Assembly (NCBI GenBank): GCA_046050355.1
Contig: JBJOPW010000005.1
Coordinates: forward strand, 2,503-66,502
Direction: 5' to 3'
From: Candidatus Parcubacteria bacterium
GTDB taxonomy: Bacteria > Patescibacteriota > Minisyncoccia > Phycocordibacterales > UBA918
DNA length: 64,000 bases
The position numbers were made by a program, and so were the translations under genes. Shown here piece by piece: positions 29,648-39,854 of the stretch. Within the stretch, counting starts at the first letter, position 1. Each line of letters opens with the position of its first letter. The notes under the pieces were generated by a model. That model saw only the letters and a list, made by a program, of their open reading frames with translations, was not told the origin of the DNA and ran no database searches.

Positions 29648-30775
29648 TTATGCCTTAGTACTAACGACCGCTTCTAAAAGTTGTTTGATGGATGGAATGG
29701 CGTCCGCGGCCCCGAACTGCGCCGCTTTGGCTTTGCCGGCCGTGACGAGTTGTTCCCGTAGTGTACGGTCGGTCAGTATGCGAGTGATGGTCTGATCGAG
29801 TGCCAAGGTATCATCAACCGGCACGAGGAGTCCTTCGACGCCATCCGTGATCAGTTCGGGGTTGCCGCCGACCGGTGTCGTGACGACCGGAGCCCCGAGC
29901 GCCAGCGCTTCAATGAGGTGGTGCGAGAGTCCTTCGTACGCTGTATTAAGCACAAAGACATCGGCGGCAGTAACATAGCGAAAGACATCATGAAATGACA
30001 ATGCCCCCACCATCGTCACCGACGACTCGAGTCCGAGGGTTTTAATTTTTGCTTCAAGCGGTACTCGCTCCGGCCCATCACCACCAATCACGAGTCTGGT
30101 CGCTTCGCCTCGTGCTTTGCGCAGAAGCATCACGTCAAGGAGCGCACTCATACCTTTCCATGGTGTTAGGCGACTAATACTGACGATGGTTTGATCGGCA
30201 AAACCTAATTGAGCTCGCAGGTCATTGCGACTGTCTGTCAGCGGCGCTACCGTGTGTGCACTATAGATGACATGGAGTCGCTCTCCGGACACTCCCCAGG
30301 TTGCGACAATTTCTTTGAGGTACTGACTTGGAACCACAACTGCAGCGGCTCGCTTCACAACCGTTTGTTGGATACCAGCGAGCAAGCGCACCGGTAGTCG
30401 CTCTGCACGCGGATCTTTGGTGTACGCATCAAGAGTCTTTTCTACACCAAAGCGTTGTACCCCCTGCTCCCAAGCGTAGTCACCACCGAGGCGGACCACC
30501 AGTGGTAGCCCGCGGAGAAATGACACTATCGCAGCTGGTACACCGACACTGACGGGATCAAGGGCATAGACCAAAGATACTCCCCGACTAGCTCGCCAGA
30601 GCCGCCAGGTATAAGCGAGGTGCCGAAAGACTTTTGGGACAGTCCTGACCTCTCGGTACGGCACCACCGTGACCGCCATTCCTTCCGCTGGTAGTCTTGT
30701 GGCGATCATCTCCGCATAGCGAGCCGGCCCACCAATATCAGGAGGATATAAGCCCGCAGCCAAAAGTACCTTCAT
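29648..30775 (-). CDS. Glycosyltransferase family 4
   Basis: YPPDIGGPA, SRLTPWKG and EGLSHHLIEALALG motifs. Confidence 0.92.
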   Translation of the reverse strand: MKVLLAAGLYPPDIGGPARYAEMIATRLPAEGMAVTVVPYREVRTVPKVFRHLAYTWRLWRASRGVSLVYALDPVSVGVPAAIVSFLRGLPLVVRLGGDYAWEQGVQRFGVEKTLDAYTKDPRAERLPVRLLAGIQQTVVKRAAAVVVPSQYLKEIVATWGVSGERLHVIYSAHTVAPLTDSRNDLRAQLGFADQTIVSISRLTPWKGMSALLDVMLLRKARGEATRLVIGGDGPERVPLEAKIKTLGLESSVTMVGALSFHDVFRYVTAADVFVLNTAYEGLSHHLIEALALGAPVVTTPVGGNPELITDGVEGLLVPVDDTLALDQTITRILTDRTLREQLVTAGKAKAAQFGAADAIPSIKQLLEAVVSTKA

Positions 30776-30790
30776 AATAATCTGAGTATA

Positions 30791-32002
30791 CTAGTCAGCC
30801 CACAGAGGCGCAAACACCTCATCATGCATGCGTTTCGTGATTAGATTCCAGTCATAATCACGCACTGCCATCGCTTTGGCGGTCGCGACGACGTTAGCGA
30901 CGAACTCCGGGTTCGCCATAATCTCGCGCACAACAGTAGCAATATCCTCAGGACTATCTTTACGCACCACAAAGCCAGTTGTTTCTTTATCTGGATTGAG
31001 ATGGCGATCAAACAGAAAATCGGCAATCCCACCCTCCCTCGTCGCGATAACCGGTAGCTCAGCGGCCATGGCCTCCACAAATGAGTTCCCCATCCCCTCA
31101 CTCCGTGACGGACGGATAAAGATATCGCAGGCTTTGAGGTAACTTGGCATCACGTCATGCCCAATCTGGCCGCGGAGCAAGACCCGGTCGCTAAGCTTCA
31201 ATTCGGCAATAAGCGCTTTGAGTTTCTCCTCGTCTGGCCCAAGCCCGAACACCACAAACTTCACGTTTTTCGGCAGGCTCGGTAGTGCCTTAATGACATC
31301 ATCCACGGCGTTTTTGTGCACGAGTCGTGAGGTAGTCACCAGCGCCACGTCACCCGTAACAAGACCAAGTTCCGCACGTATCACCGACCGCTTCTCCGGT
31401 GAGAGTGGTACCATAAACTTCTTCGTATCGACGGCATTTGGGATCACCACTGACTTACCTGTAAAACCCATCCTGGTCGCCCAGGCCTGGAGAAATGTGG
31501 AAATTGATTGAATGACATCAGCTCGGGAGAAAGCTTCCGGGAAGCGCTTACCAAACACCCGCATTTTTTGTTCAATGTACTCTGGCGGATCGCCTTCTTG
31601 GAGCGTCAGTACATACGGTACATGAGGGAACCGTTTTTTGAACATACCGGCCGGCACGCCACAGCTATGGGCCATCATCGCCCAAATGGCATCAAAGTGA
31701 TACTGCTTATGAAGCCGCTGCGCGGCGTAGTAAGCCGAGTACTGGTAGATAATTTTATTGAGATGGAGCGGGAACTTCCGCAAATCACCCATAGTAGGAT
31801 TCTTCTTCACGAGCCCAATACGGTGCACCACCACCTTCCCAATCATCTCCGTTTTTGGCAAGGTACTATCGTAGCGGTTACAAAGCACATGAAACTCATA
31901 CTCCTCATCCGGCAGTCTATCGGTGATTTCTTTGATGGCGACCTCCGCTCCGCCAATATGTTTGGGATAATACCCCAGACTAAAGATGAGTATGCGCTTC
32001 AT
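30791..32002 (-). CDS. Glycosyltransferase family 4
   Basis: MKRILIFSLGYYPKHIGGAE and SEGMGNSFVEAMAA. Start reassigned to ATG 32002. Confidence 0.92.
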   Translation of the reverse strand: MKRILIFSLGYYPKHIGGAEVAIKEITDRLPDEEYEFHVLCNRYDSTLPKTEMIGKVVVHRIGLVKKNPTMGDLRKFPLHLNKIIYQYSAYYAAQRLHKQYHFDAIWAMMAHSCGVPAGMFKKRFPHVPYVLTLQEGDPPEYIEQKMRVFGKRFPEAFSRADVIQSISTFLQAWATRMGFTGKSVVIPNAVDTKKFMVPLSPEKRSVIRAELGLVTGDVALVTTSRLVHKNAVDDVIKALPSLPKNVKFVVFGLGPDEEKLKALIAELKLSDRVLLRGQIGHDVMPSYLKACDIFIRPSRSEGMGNSFVEAMAAELPVIATREGGIADFLFDRHLNPDKETTGFVVRKDSPEDIATVVREIMANPEFVANVVATAKAMAVRDYDWNLITKRMHDEVFAPLWAD

Positions 32003-32858
32003 GTTGATCAACAATAGTTTTAATATAATCACTGAGCAGATGGGTAGCCTGCCATCCCAACTCTAAACGACTGCGTCGAGTATCAGCTTCTGAATACATG
32101 CGATTGCCCGGTCTTTCTTCTAGCCATTCTATCGGTGCACCAAACAGCTGTGCCACCGCTTCAATCGAGTAGGATAGTTCGTGACCGAGACCATACTCGT
32201 CACCCTCGCCGTGCTCGCCCACTCGTACCAACCCTTCAATGATATCAAAAACATGGGTAAAGTTGCGTTTTTGGGTACCTGGTCGCCTGACTGGCAGTGA
32301 CAAGCCGTGAATATACCGGTCTTTAAAAATACCAATGACGGTACCTGAATTCGCATCCGAGCGCTCTCGAGGACCATACACATTATAGAAATAAGTGATG
32401 GCGTAGGAAATACCAAACCACTCACCATACCGTCGGACCAAATCAGTGTTTGAGGCTTTCGTCCACGCATACGGACTCTGGTCACGACCCATACCACCAT
32501 CAGCAAATTTCGTTGATGAACCAGCGTAAATAAGTTTTGGGTTTTTTTGACGCACGAACTCAAGGACCGCTGCGGTTCCTTGTTGATTAAAATCAAGTAC
32601 GGTAGCCACGTCAGCAAAACTCTGTTCTACCCGGGCATATTCACCGAGATGGAAGACCATATCGGGTGCCTCTGGTATATGTTTCGCAATATCTTTTGTG
32701 TGACCTGTTCGGTATGTCACACCAGCCACATGATTACTCACTGAACCGGTAAAATAGTTATCGAGAGAAATTACCTGGTGACCTTCCTGTACCAAACGTT
32801 CACACAGATGTGAACCAACAAAGCCTGCCCCGCCAGTAACCACAATGAGCTTTGACAT
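31980..32858 (-). CDS. NAD-dependent epimerase/dehydratase
   Basis: VTGGAGFVGSHL, YAWTK (YxxxK) and FYNVYGP motifs. Confidence 0.92.
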   Translation of the reverse strand: MSKLIVVTGGAGFVGSHLCERLVQEGHQVISLDNYFTGSVSNHVAGVTYRTGHTKDIAKHIPEAPDMVFHLGEYARVEQSFADVATVLDFNQQGTAAVLEFVRQKNPKLIYAGSSTKFADGGMGRDQSPYAWTKASNTDLVRRYGEWFGISYAITYFYNVYGPRERSDANSGTVIGIFKDRYIHGLSLPVRRPGTQKRNFTHVFDIIEGLVRVGEHGEGDEYGLGHELSYSIEAVAQLFGAPIEWLEERPGNRMYSEADTRRSRLELGWQATHLLSDYIKTIVDQHEAHTHL

Positions 32859-32975
32859 ATGCGCTATAGTACCAGAAATTGAACAGAATAGTTACAGCGA
32901 AACAGGTAGAATTCCTAAATGAATTCCGCCCGTTTTATTAACTGTAAGAGTAAAACTAAAAAGAAAGTGAGTCGG

Positions 32976-33144
32976 CGTGGACAAAGCCATTATAAATAGG
33001 CTTTGCTCGCGAAAATTCGCCATAGTCGGCCTGCGGAAAAGTGATTCAAGAAACAGAATGGTCGTGCGCGGATGAGGGCATTAAGGATAGCCCTCACTCG
33101 CGAAAATTCGCCATAGTCGGCCTGCGGCCTCGTTGGCTCATTTT
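32976..33144 (-). repeat. Structured dispersed repeat, copies 2 (32976-33036, truncated) and 3 (33067-33144)
   Basis: Shared core ctcgcgaaaattcgccatagtcggcctgcgg; homologous to 5112-5190. Confidence 0.82.
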
Positions 33145-33256
33145 ACCCTTCGCAAGCGACGCAGACGTTCCCACCGATGTGTACCCGTGGTGCCGCTGGT
33201 GCGTTACTCACGACAGTTGGTAAATCGAAGTCAAAATTTTGTTCGTTGTTTCCCAT
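33143..33256 (-). CDS. 37-aa peptide ending in CVACEG
   Basis: Hand translation: MGNNEQNFDFDLPTVVSNAPAAPRVHIGGNVCVACEG*. A TACAAT box lies 8 nt upstream, like neighbouring genes. Confidence 0.7.
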   Translation of the reverse strand: MGNNEQNFDFDLPTVVSNAPAAPRVHIGGNVCVACEG

Positions 33257-33394
33257 ATGAGTCTATTGTAACGCGTCAAAAATCCGCACAAACTCACTAT
33301 CGCGCAAACCTGTGTATAGCTGAGTGTCACACATTGATTTCACCCACAAAAGAACCTAGGTTGCGCTCTTTGGCAAGGGTGAAGCAACTCACCC

Positions 33395-35230
33395 TCAAAA
33401 AGGCGACTTTACTTTTGCGTCATTGTTTAAGATTTTTTTGAGTACTTTAATATCTGGATCAGCGAGGTCAGTACCGTACGCACCGTCAGATGTCTTTGGA
33501 ACTGTTGGTGTCGGCGCACTTACAGCCGAAACCTCTGTTGGTATGGTTGTTTTAGTATCAAGAACACTACCGAGGGCTGACCGCAAGGCCGTGCGATGAT
33601 CACCGGTTGAAACTGGGGTTGATTCATGCTTTGTAGCCTGAGACGGTTCTTCGCTCTTTTTTGTGTCTTCCACTTTGGCGGTGGCGGCAATTCGAGCCAG
33701 TACCGCTTTGAGTCCATCGGTAGTTGGAGCTGGTGGAATCGCTGGGGGTTTTGGTTTGGGCGTGGTGTTTGGTTGTGTTGAACGGTTAACTGCCTTTGTC
33801 TTGGTAGCAGATTTATGCTCGGTTCGGGTCGGGGGAGCTATTTCATTACTCTTTGGTACTGCTGGTGTCACTACTACCACTGGTTTATTATCTGCTTTTT
33901 GTCCTTCGGCCTTCGGTGGCTTGGGTGGTGGCTCAACCGGCGCATGGAGATCAACCACCAATTGCTCAATCTGAGCACGTGGTTTGGTATAGTTCGCCCG
34001 ACTCGCGGCGAGCACCATGTCTCGGCAAGACACACGCGGTGGCGCAATTGGTGGTAATGTAATCGCCGAAAACGGTTGCGAGCCGATACCGTCAATCATT
34101 AGTGTAAGATAAATTTGAGCAAAGCCAAGATTAACAAGATCAGCCGCTAAAAAACGTGGCGTGAAGATGGTCTCAAGCACTTCAGCATCAAACGGGCCCA
34201 CGCGAAAGGCTACCGTTGTCCCTACGTTACCAAACACCGCGTTACGTACATCCTCTTCCATTTGTTCGATATACTGGTGCGCAATAATGAGGTTGAGGTG
34301 ATATTTGCGTGCTTCAGAGAGGATATTCGCAAAGGTGGCATTGGCAAAACTCTGAAACTCATCAACATAAAAGTAGAAGTTCGGCATCTGCTTCATTTGT
34401 TCTACTGGCAAATCGGCACGACTCATCGCCGCCAAGTAGATACGGGTTGTCAACATAGAACCAAGGAGATTTGCATTACTCTCTCCCACCAACCCTTTCG
34501 AGAGGTTCATGATGAGAATTTTTTTCTCATCCATAATTTTTCGAATATCAAAACTGGAATGCGGCTGCCCGATAATATTACGAATGAGAGGATTCCCCGT
34601 GAACTGTCCAATCTTGTTTTGAATAGCGGGCAAAGCTTCCGCTGCAAAACGGTCAGTATAGGCAGCAAACTCTTCAGTCCAGAAGGCTTTAACAGCAGGA
34701 TCTTTCACATAATCAACCACGCGATTACGGAAGTGTTTGTCTGAGAACAAGCGATTGACCGACAGCAGTGTCGTGTCAGGGTACTCAATGAGAGCGAGAA
34801 GAGCATTCGTGAGAATATACTCCATACGAGCACTCCACGCATCAACCCAAATCTTCTTGAAGGTAGACATGAGTCCTGAGACGACCAAGTGCCGTTTGTC
34901 CGGCCCGACATCTTCCATGACGTTAAATGAGACAGGATGATCAAGGTCAAATGGCGCGAAGTAAACCACATCATTGACACGATGCTCGGGTACGTATTGA
35001 AGCAGTGTCTCAGCGGCCGATCCATGTGGGTCAATAAAAGCCATACCTTCACCGTTTTGGATGTCTTGCACCGCCATATTCTCTAAGAGCGTCGACTTCC
35101 CCATACCAGTCTTACCAATGACATACATGTGTCGTTGTCGGTCTTTGGCCTTGATACCAAACGGTATTTCTCGACCACGAGCATCGGTCTTGGCAAAGAA
35201 AGTAATTTTTTCTGGGTCGAACTGCGTCAT
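33395..35230 (-). CDS. VirD4/TraG-like coupling-protein ATPase with a Pro-rich C-terminal tail
   Basis: Walker A GKTGMGKST, IDPHG and Walker B YVDEFQ..SEARKY..AHQY. Confidence 0.88.
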   Translation of the reverse strand: MTQFDPEKITFFAKTDARGREIPFGIKAKDRQRHMYVIGKTGMGKSTLLENMAVQDIQNGEGMAFIDPHGSAAETLLQYVPEHRVNDVVYFAPFDLDHPVSFNVMEDVGPDKRHLVVSGLMSTFKKIWVDAWSARMEYILTNALLALIEYPDTTLLSVNRLFSDKHFRNRVVDYVKDPAVKAFWTEEFAAYTDRFAAEALPAIQNKIGQFTGNPLIRNIIGQPHSSFDIRKIMDEKKILIMNLSKGLVGESNANLLGSMLTTRIYLAAMSRADLPVEQMKQMPNFYFYVDEFQSFANATFANILSEARKYHLNLIIAHQYIEQMEEDVRNAVFGNVGTTVAFRVGPFDAEVLETIFTPRFLAADLVNLGFAQIYLTLMIDGIGSQPFSAITLPPIAPPRVSCRDMVLAASRANYTKPRAQIEQLVVDLHAPVEPPPKPPKAEGQKADNKPVVVVTPAVPKSNEIAPPTRTEHKSATKTKAVNRSTQPNTTPKPKPPAIPPAPTTDGLKAVLARIAATAKVEDTKKSEEPSQATKHESTPVSTGDHRTALRSALGSVLDTKTTIPTEVSAVSAPTPTVPKTSDGAYGTDLADPDIKVLKKILNNDAKVKSPF

Positions 35231-35311
35231 AATGCCATCATTATACTATATTAGCTGCTTCATTTCTGGTCCGCACCAACGCTCGTAACACGAATCGCCA
35301 CTAGGCACCAA

Positions 35312-36862
35312 TTACTCGGCGTCTGATTCTTCTCCAAAGCGCTCCTTGGCATACTGCAAGAGTGCCGTCACATCCGCATCACGACTTTTTGATCCGAGAA
35401 TAATAATAGCGACAACTCGTTCTTCTCCTTTAACGCTGAGCTGATGAAGCGTGACTGATGTCTGACCAGCGGCGGTAGTTTCACCAATCTTACCTCCCAT
35501 GAAGTTATCGAGACCGTCAACGGTATTAAAGTTGGAAAGCCCACTAAATTCACCCGTTATGTAGATATCCGGCAGCTTGGCGCCAGTACTCATATCAATT
35601 ATAAAGTGCCGTTTTTTGTATATGTATTGTATCAGGCGCAGAAGATCGCCAACCGAAGAAACATTGCCGTTATCGAGCCCGGAAGGATCCGTAAAATGAG
35701 TTTGTGTCATCCCGAGCGATTTGGCCCGGTCATTCATATAGTGAATAAATTGTGTTCTGCCCACTTCCGCCGCAATCACCTCCGCTGCTTCATTTGAGGA
35801 CTCAAGCAATAATAACTCCAGGAGTGAATAAAATGATACTGAGCTGCGCTCACCAAGACGTGGGATGAGTGACTGTACAAACGTCGGTTCACTAATAGCA
35901 ACACGGGTATCAAGGTTGATATACTCAGCCGCCACCACCGCTGTCATCAGTTTTGTTAACGACGCGATCGGTACTGCGTCATCAAGATCACGCGCAGCCA
36001 AGACAGTACTCGATTCAACATCCGCGATCAGATAGTGCGGTGTTGCTAGTTCAGGTACTTTTGGCTCATACAGGAAGCTGTCTCGATCCACTGCCCGCTC
36101 ATAGACCAAAACCGGTGTATTGCGTGTGACGGTGGTATACAATGTCTCGGCATCAGCAGTACTCAGTTCTATGCCACCTTGGGCTGTACTGGTGGGAACA
36201 TCACCCGTTTCATAATACGGAGTACCATGGATATAAAAGTTGCCTTGGAAAGCCATGCTAAATGGCAAGTATACTTGTCCAAATGAAGCAAAGTGGGATC
36301 GTTGTTTTTGTTCAATTTCATAGAGACCAGCCGGAGTCTCCCAGAAAGTACCTTCTTCGCCTTTTTTTACAATCGGGAACTCAAAACGAAGTACTCCTGC
36401 TTCAAAATACCGCAGGCGCATTGCTGCCAAATCAGCTTCGATAAATGTTCGTTCATCTTCAATAAACGCATCCCTGGCCGCCGCAAAAAAATCCGGCTCA
36501 GAGAATGCCACCTCAATACCATAAGAAAGTGGTGTTGTTGCTTTAGTGTACGGATGCTCAATCACCACGGGCGCAGTTCCTATCTTGATACTAGAAAAAG
36601 CGTTGGCAAGGAGTGTCTGCCCACGATCCACCGCCAAAGGAGCAACGAAGACCGCCCCATAGACACAGAGAACCAGTGTGGCGATAAGCACAAACGTTCG
36701 TGAAGCAATCAGCAGCCGAGTCGGTCGAGGTGGCAATCCCACCGTTGACGGATGAAACGTGAGGGTTTTACGCGGAATAAGCGTGCCCTTCGTAACGGTC
36801 GGCTCATCATCAGCAAATGAAATCGCATAAAAACGGCGAGGTGTTTCCTCTTCGTTGTACAT
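35312..36862 (-). CDS. YkuD (L,D-transpeptidase-like) domain fused to D-Ala-D-Ala carboxypeptidase (peptidase S11)
   Basis: TM helix, ETPAGLY..FYIHG (YkuD), then ASLTK (SxxK), SSN, DPSGL and KIG. Confidence 0.87.
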   Translation of the reverse strand: MYNEEETPRRFYAISFADDEPTVTKGTLIPRKTLTFHPSTVGLPPRPTRLLIASRTFVLIATLVLCVYGAVFVAPLAVDRGQTLLANAFSSIKIGTAPVVIEHPYTKATTPLSYGIEVAFSEPDFFAAARDAFIEDERTFIEADLAAMRLRYFEAGVLRFEFPIVKKGEEGTFWETPAGLYEIEQKQRSHFASFGQVYLPFSMAFQGNFYIHGTPYYETGDVPTSTAQGGIELSTADAETLYTTVTRNTPVLVYERAVDRDSFLYEPKVPELATPHYLIADVESSTVLAARDLDDAVPIASLTKLMTAVVAAEYINLDTRVAISEPTFVQSLIPRLGERSSVSFYSLLELLLLESSNEAAEVIAAEVGRTQFIHYMNDRAKSLGMTQTHFTDPSGLDNGNVSSVGDLLRLIQYIYKKRHFIIDMSTGAKLPDIYITGEFSGLSNFNTVDGLDNFMGGKIGETTAAGQTSVTLHQLSVKGEERVVAIIILGSKSRDADVTALLQYAKERFGEESDAE

Positions 36863-36910
36863 ACCATTATTGTACCGTATCGAACTACACTATGGCGGGT
36901 TTTCTATCCC

Positions 36911-38215
36911 CTATTCTGGCTGCAGGGCGGCTTCGGTATACCGATTACTTGGTGCCCAGATCATCCACGAGTCGACCCCAGCATCATAGCTGGCTTGGAT
37001 TTGGGCTCGAACGTCAGCCGCATCGTAGTCTCCCCCATAATCAAAGTCTTGAATCCAGGTACGAAGCCGATTGCCATCGTAGGCTGGCTTTTGGTACAGC
37101 GCTGGAGTACTCGTGCCGAGGCGAGTATGAAGAAATCCAGCCATCGGTGTGGTAGACGCCCGCATGCGATCGGCACCACTTTTCATGGCGTGATAGACCA
37201 CTTTGTAGGGATAGTCATTTGGATTACCGAGTCCTAAAAAACTCTTTGGGTAGTGGGATGGATACACCATTGGTGCAATGGCGTCAAAGTATGGTGCCGC
37301 CCGCTCTTGCACTTGACCAATGGAAAGATCGTCGTAGTTAGTTGTTGTCATGCCAAAGAGATCGGCTGAGGTATACGGTGTACTCGTCGCTCGTCCGGTA
37401 TGTTCATGACGTACCGCCACAAACTTTTCCGGTTTATCAAGTTCAGCATTAAGGTAGCGGAAGAAGGCTTCGAGATTTGCTTGTTTATCGTGTGGCCAGT
37501 CACTAACCGCTGTATGTTCAAAATATGTATCGACCATGTTGCCATCGGACGGATACCGCACGTAGTCATAATTAAGTTCATCAAAGCCCAGGTTGTACGC
37601 ATCAACCGACAGGTCAACGACCATATCCCAATATTCTTTAGCTGCGACATCAATAAAGGCCAACCCTTTATGGTCATGCCACACACTCGTCCTATCAGCC
37701 CGCTTCACCGCCAAATGTGGTGATTGTTCAGCCCGAAACGGATCTTGAAAGACCGTCACGCGCCCAATGACGTATATGTTCGCATCATGGAGCGTCGTAA
37801 TAAACTCCTTCATATCACGAGCCCCACAACGCGAGGCCTCCCACGCCGGTTTCCAAACCGGTGCCGTCGGTGGAAACGATAACGTACCTGAATAATCCTT
37901 GATATCAATAACAATCGCATTAACTTCAGTTCGCTTTGCGAGCGCCAAGAGTTCGTTACGAAACGAGGGGGTTCCCGCTACACACGAACTCATATAAATT
38001 GCCTTGAGCGACTCGGGGAGTGGTACGTGTTTCACTACGGGTCGGGTATCGGCAATGGTCGTACCTCTAACATCTGCTTTGGCGGTACTTGAGGCCACCA
38101 GTGTACTTGAGGCTGCCGACTGATACGAAACGGCAAATAGGTTTGGTAACAGTAACATCCATCCAGCCGTCACGAGTAGGAAGGCAGATGCTATGGCCGT
38201 ATACCAGTAGTGCAT
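36911..38215 (-). CDS. Putative glycoside hydrolase (DUF4015-like)
   Basis: NAIVIDIKD, GRVTVFQD, GFDELNYDYVRYP, PMVYPSHY and RTWIQDF motifs. Confidence 0.8.
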   Translation of the reverse strand: MHYWYTAIASAFLLVTAGWMLLLPNLFAVSYQSAASSTLVASSTAKADVRGTTIADTRPVVKHVPLPESLKAIYMSSCVAGTPSFRNELLALAKRTEVNAIVIDIKDYSGTLSFPPTAPVWKPAWEASRCGARDMKEFITTLHDANIYVIGRVTVFQDPFRAEQSPHLAVKRADRTSVWHDHKGLAFIDVAAKEYWDMVVDLSVDAYNLGFDELNYDYVRYPSDGNMVDTYFEHTAVSDWPHDKQANLEAFFRYLNAELDKPEKFVAVRHEHTGRATSTPYTSADLFGMTTTNYDDLSIGQVQERAAPYFDAIAPMVYPSHYPKSFLGLGNPNDYPYKVVYHAMKSGADRMRASTTPMAGFLHTRLGTSTPALYQKPAYDGNRLRTWIQDFDYGGDYDAADVRAQIQASYDAGVDSWMIWAPSNRYTEAALQPE

Positions 38216-38227
38216 TATGTATATAGT

Positions 38228-38464
38228 TTACCGCGTTGTATCAAAAAGTGGTTCAGTGGTCTCCACAAAGGTCTCAGCAGTGCGCACCACGCCATCGTGC
38301 TCGAGAGTAGCAAGGTACTGCGATCGGCGGATACTATACCCAATCCCGACAAATATCACACCCATCACCGCAAAAAGAATTTGTTTCCATACCATCGGTA
38401 TCCCGAGTGATGGCAAAACAATCGTTACTAACCCTAACAGAAATACCAGTGTGCCTTTAGTCAT
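38228..38464 (-). CDS. Small two-TM membrane protein
   Basis: LVFLLG..LPSLGIPMVWK; TATACT box 8 nt upstream. Confidence 0.7.
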   Translation of the reverse strand: MTKGTLVFLLGLVTIVLPSLGIPMVWKQILFAVMGVIFVGIGYSIRRSQYLATLEHDGVVRTAETFVETTEPLFDTTR

Positions 38465-38526
38465 TACAGAAGAGTATACCGTAGAGTCAGCTACGATACA
38501 AAAATAACCCTAAACTGTGGAAAACT

Positions 38527-39213
38527 TTAGTTGGCTGACTGAGTCAAGATAAGTACAAACTCCCCTTTTTGCTTGACTGGGGTATTGGTGAGTGTGGCCA
38601 AAATCTCACCCGGTGTCCCAACGAGCATTTCTTCATGGAACTTTGTCAGTTCTCGCCCAAGGTGGAGCGTGGCGTGCGGGTACGCGGTCGTGAGGGTTTC
38701 AAGTGTCTTGACGATACGATGTGTCGCTTCGAGAAACACGACCGGATGATCGTAGAGTTCGAGGTCGGCAAAAAATGTATCGCGTCCTTTTTTACTCGGC
38801 ACAAAACCCAAAAAACTAAATTGATTACCATTGATACCCGCAATCGAGATAGCAGCCGTAATCGCCGACGCTCCCGGTATCGCATCAATGCGGCAGCCAG
38901 CGGCCCTGGTCAGCCGCACGAGGATCACCCCCGGGTCTGAGACGCCCGGGGTGCCAGCGTCTGAAACAAGGGCAATTGACTGTCCAGCTATCAGGTCAGC
39001 CACAATTGCCTCGTGGGCGGCGACACTCGCATGCGCATCGTAGCGCTTGAGTTTGGCCTTGACGCCATGATGCTTCAGGAGATTCCCCGTCGTCCGGGTA
39101 TCCTCACAAAGGATATAGTCCGCCTCACGAAAGATCCGCAGAGCGCGCAGGGTAATATCCTCCATATTCCCAATGGGGGTAGCGACCACTGATAATGTAC
39201 CAGTTTTTTGCAT
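38527..39213 (-). CDS. rsmI: 16S rRNA C1402 2'-O-methyltransferase
   Basis: VATPIGNMEDITLRA, CEDTR, LVSDAGTPGVSDPG and RELTKFHEE motifs. Start at MQKTG. Confidence 0.95.
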   Translation of the reverse strand: MQKTGTLSVVATPIGNMEDITLRALRIFREADYILCEDTRTTGNLLKHHGVKAKLKRYDAHASVAAHEAIVADLIAGQSIALVSDAGTPGVSDPGVILVRLTRAAGCRIDAIPGASAITAAISIAGINGNQFSFLGFVPSKKGRDTFFADLELYDHPVVFLEATHRIVKTLETLTTAYPHATLHLGRELTKFHEEMLVGTPGEILATLTNTPVKQKGEFVLILTQSAN

Positions 39214-39296
39214 AGGTAGTTGCCATACCGTACCACGATTCACAAAAAAGGAAAGTGGCAACAACAAGGGGCAGGCATTCTCAGCCTGCCCCACTT

Positions 39297-39797
39297 TTAT
39301 TTCTGCAAAGGGTCTTTGTACCGCTCCGTATCGACTCCCTGCCTCTGCAAGGCTACTTCCCCATAAAGGTCAAGGAGATACCACGCGCCTGCAAGAACTT
39401 GCCTCAGTCTCACGATCACACTCGAGAACCACGTACCTTCAGCCGTAAATAGCGGCTCAGGGTAGTATTCTATAGAACAGTATTTACAATCGTGGAACTC
39501 CAGCACAGTGCCGCCACGATACCACTGACCATAGTACCAATCGCAAGCCAGCATGAGAGCTAACTTGTGACGGGCAATAAAATGAATATGGAGATTGGTA
39601 AAATCGTTATCAAAAAACAGTTTACCCCCATGGTTTTTTACATACCATGCCTTGATTTCATTTATGATATGCCACATCGATCGCAAAGACCACTGAGCAA
39701 TCGGCAAATTCACTACTTCATCGTGTACAGTGACAGACCGTGTGATGAAGTTCACCGTCACCAGCACGTTCGAGGTATTGGTATCAACCTTGCTCAT
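39297..39797 (-). CDS. Hypothetical protein
   Basis: 166-aa ORF filling the murC-rsmI gap on the same strand; no recognisable motif. Confidence 0.5.
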   Translation of the reverse strand: MSKVDTNTSNVLVTVNFITRSVTVHDEVVNLPIAQWSLRSMWHIINEIKAWYVKNHGGKLFFDNDFTNLHIHFIARHKLALMLACDWYYGQWYRGGTVLEFHDCKYCSIEYYPEPLFTAEGTWFSSVIVRLRQVLAGAWYLLDLYGEVALQRQGVDTERYKDPLQK

Positions 39798-39854
39798 TTT
39801 CCGCCCCTTTACAAAAACCGCCTGCTGGCGCCCATCTAAAAATACCGAGAAATA

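Noticed and set aside
33041-33441. Plus-strand ORFs 33041-33223 and 33133-33441
   Set aside because: They run through the structured repeat and antisense to the CxxCEG peptide, with no motifs.
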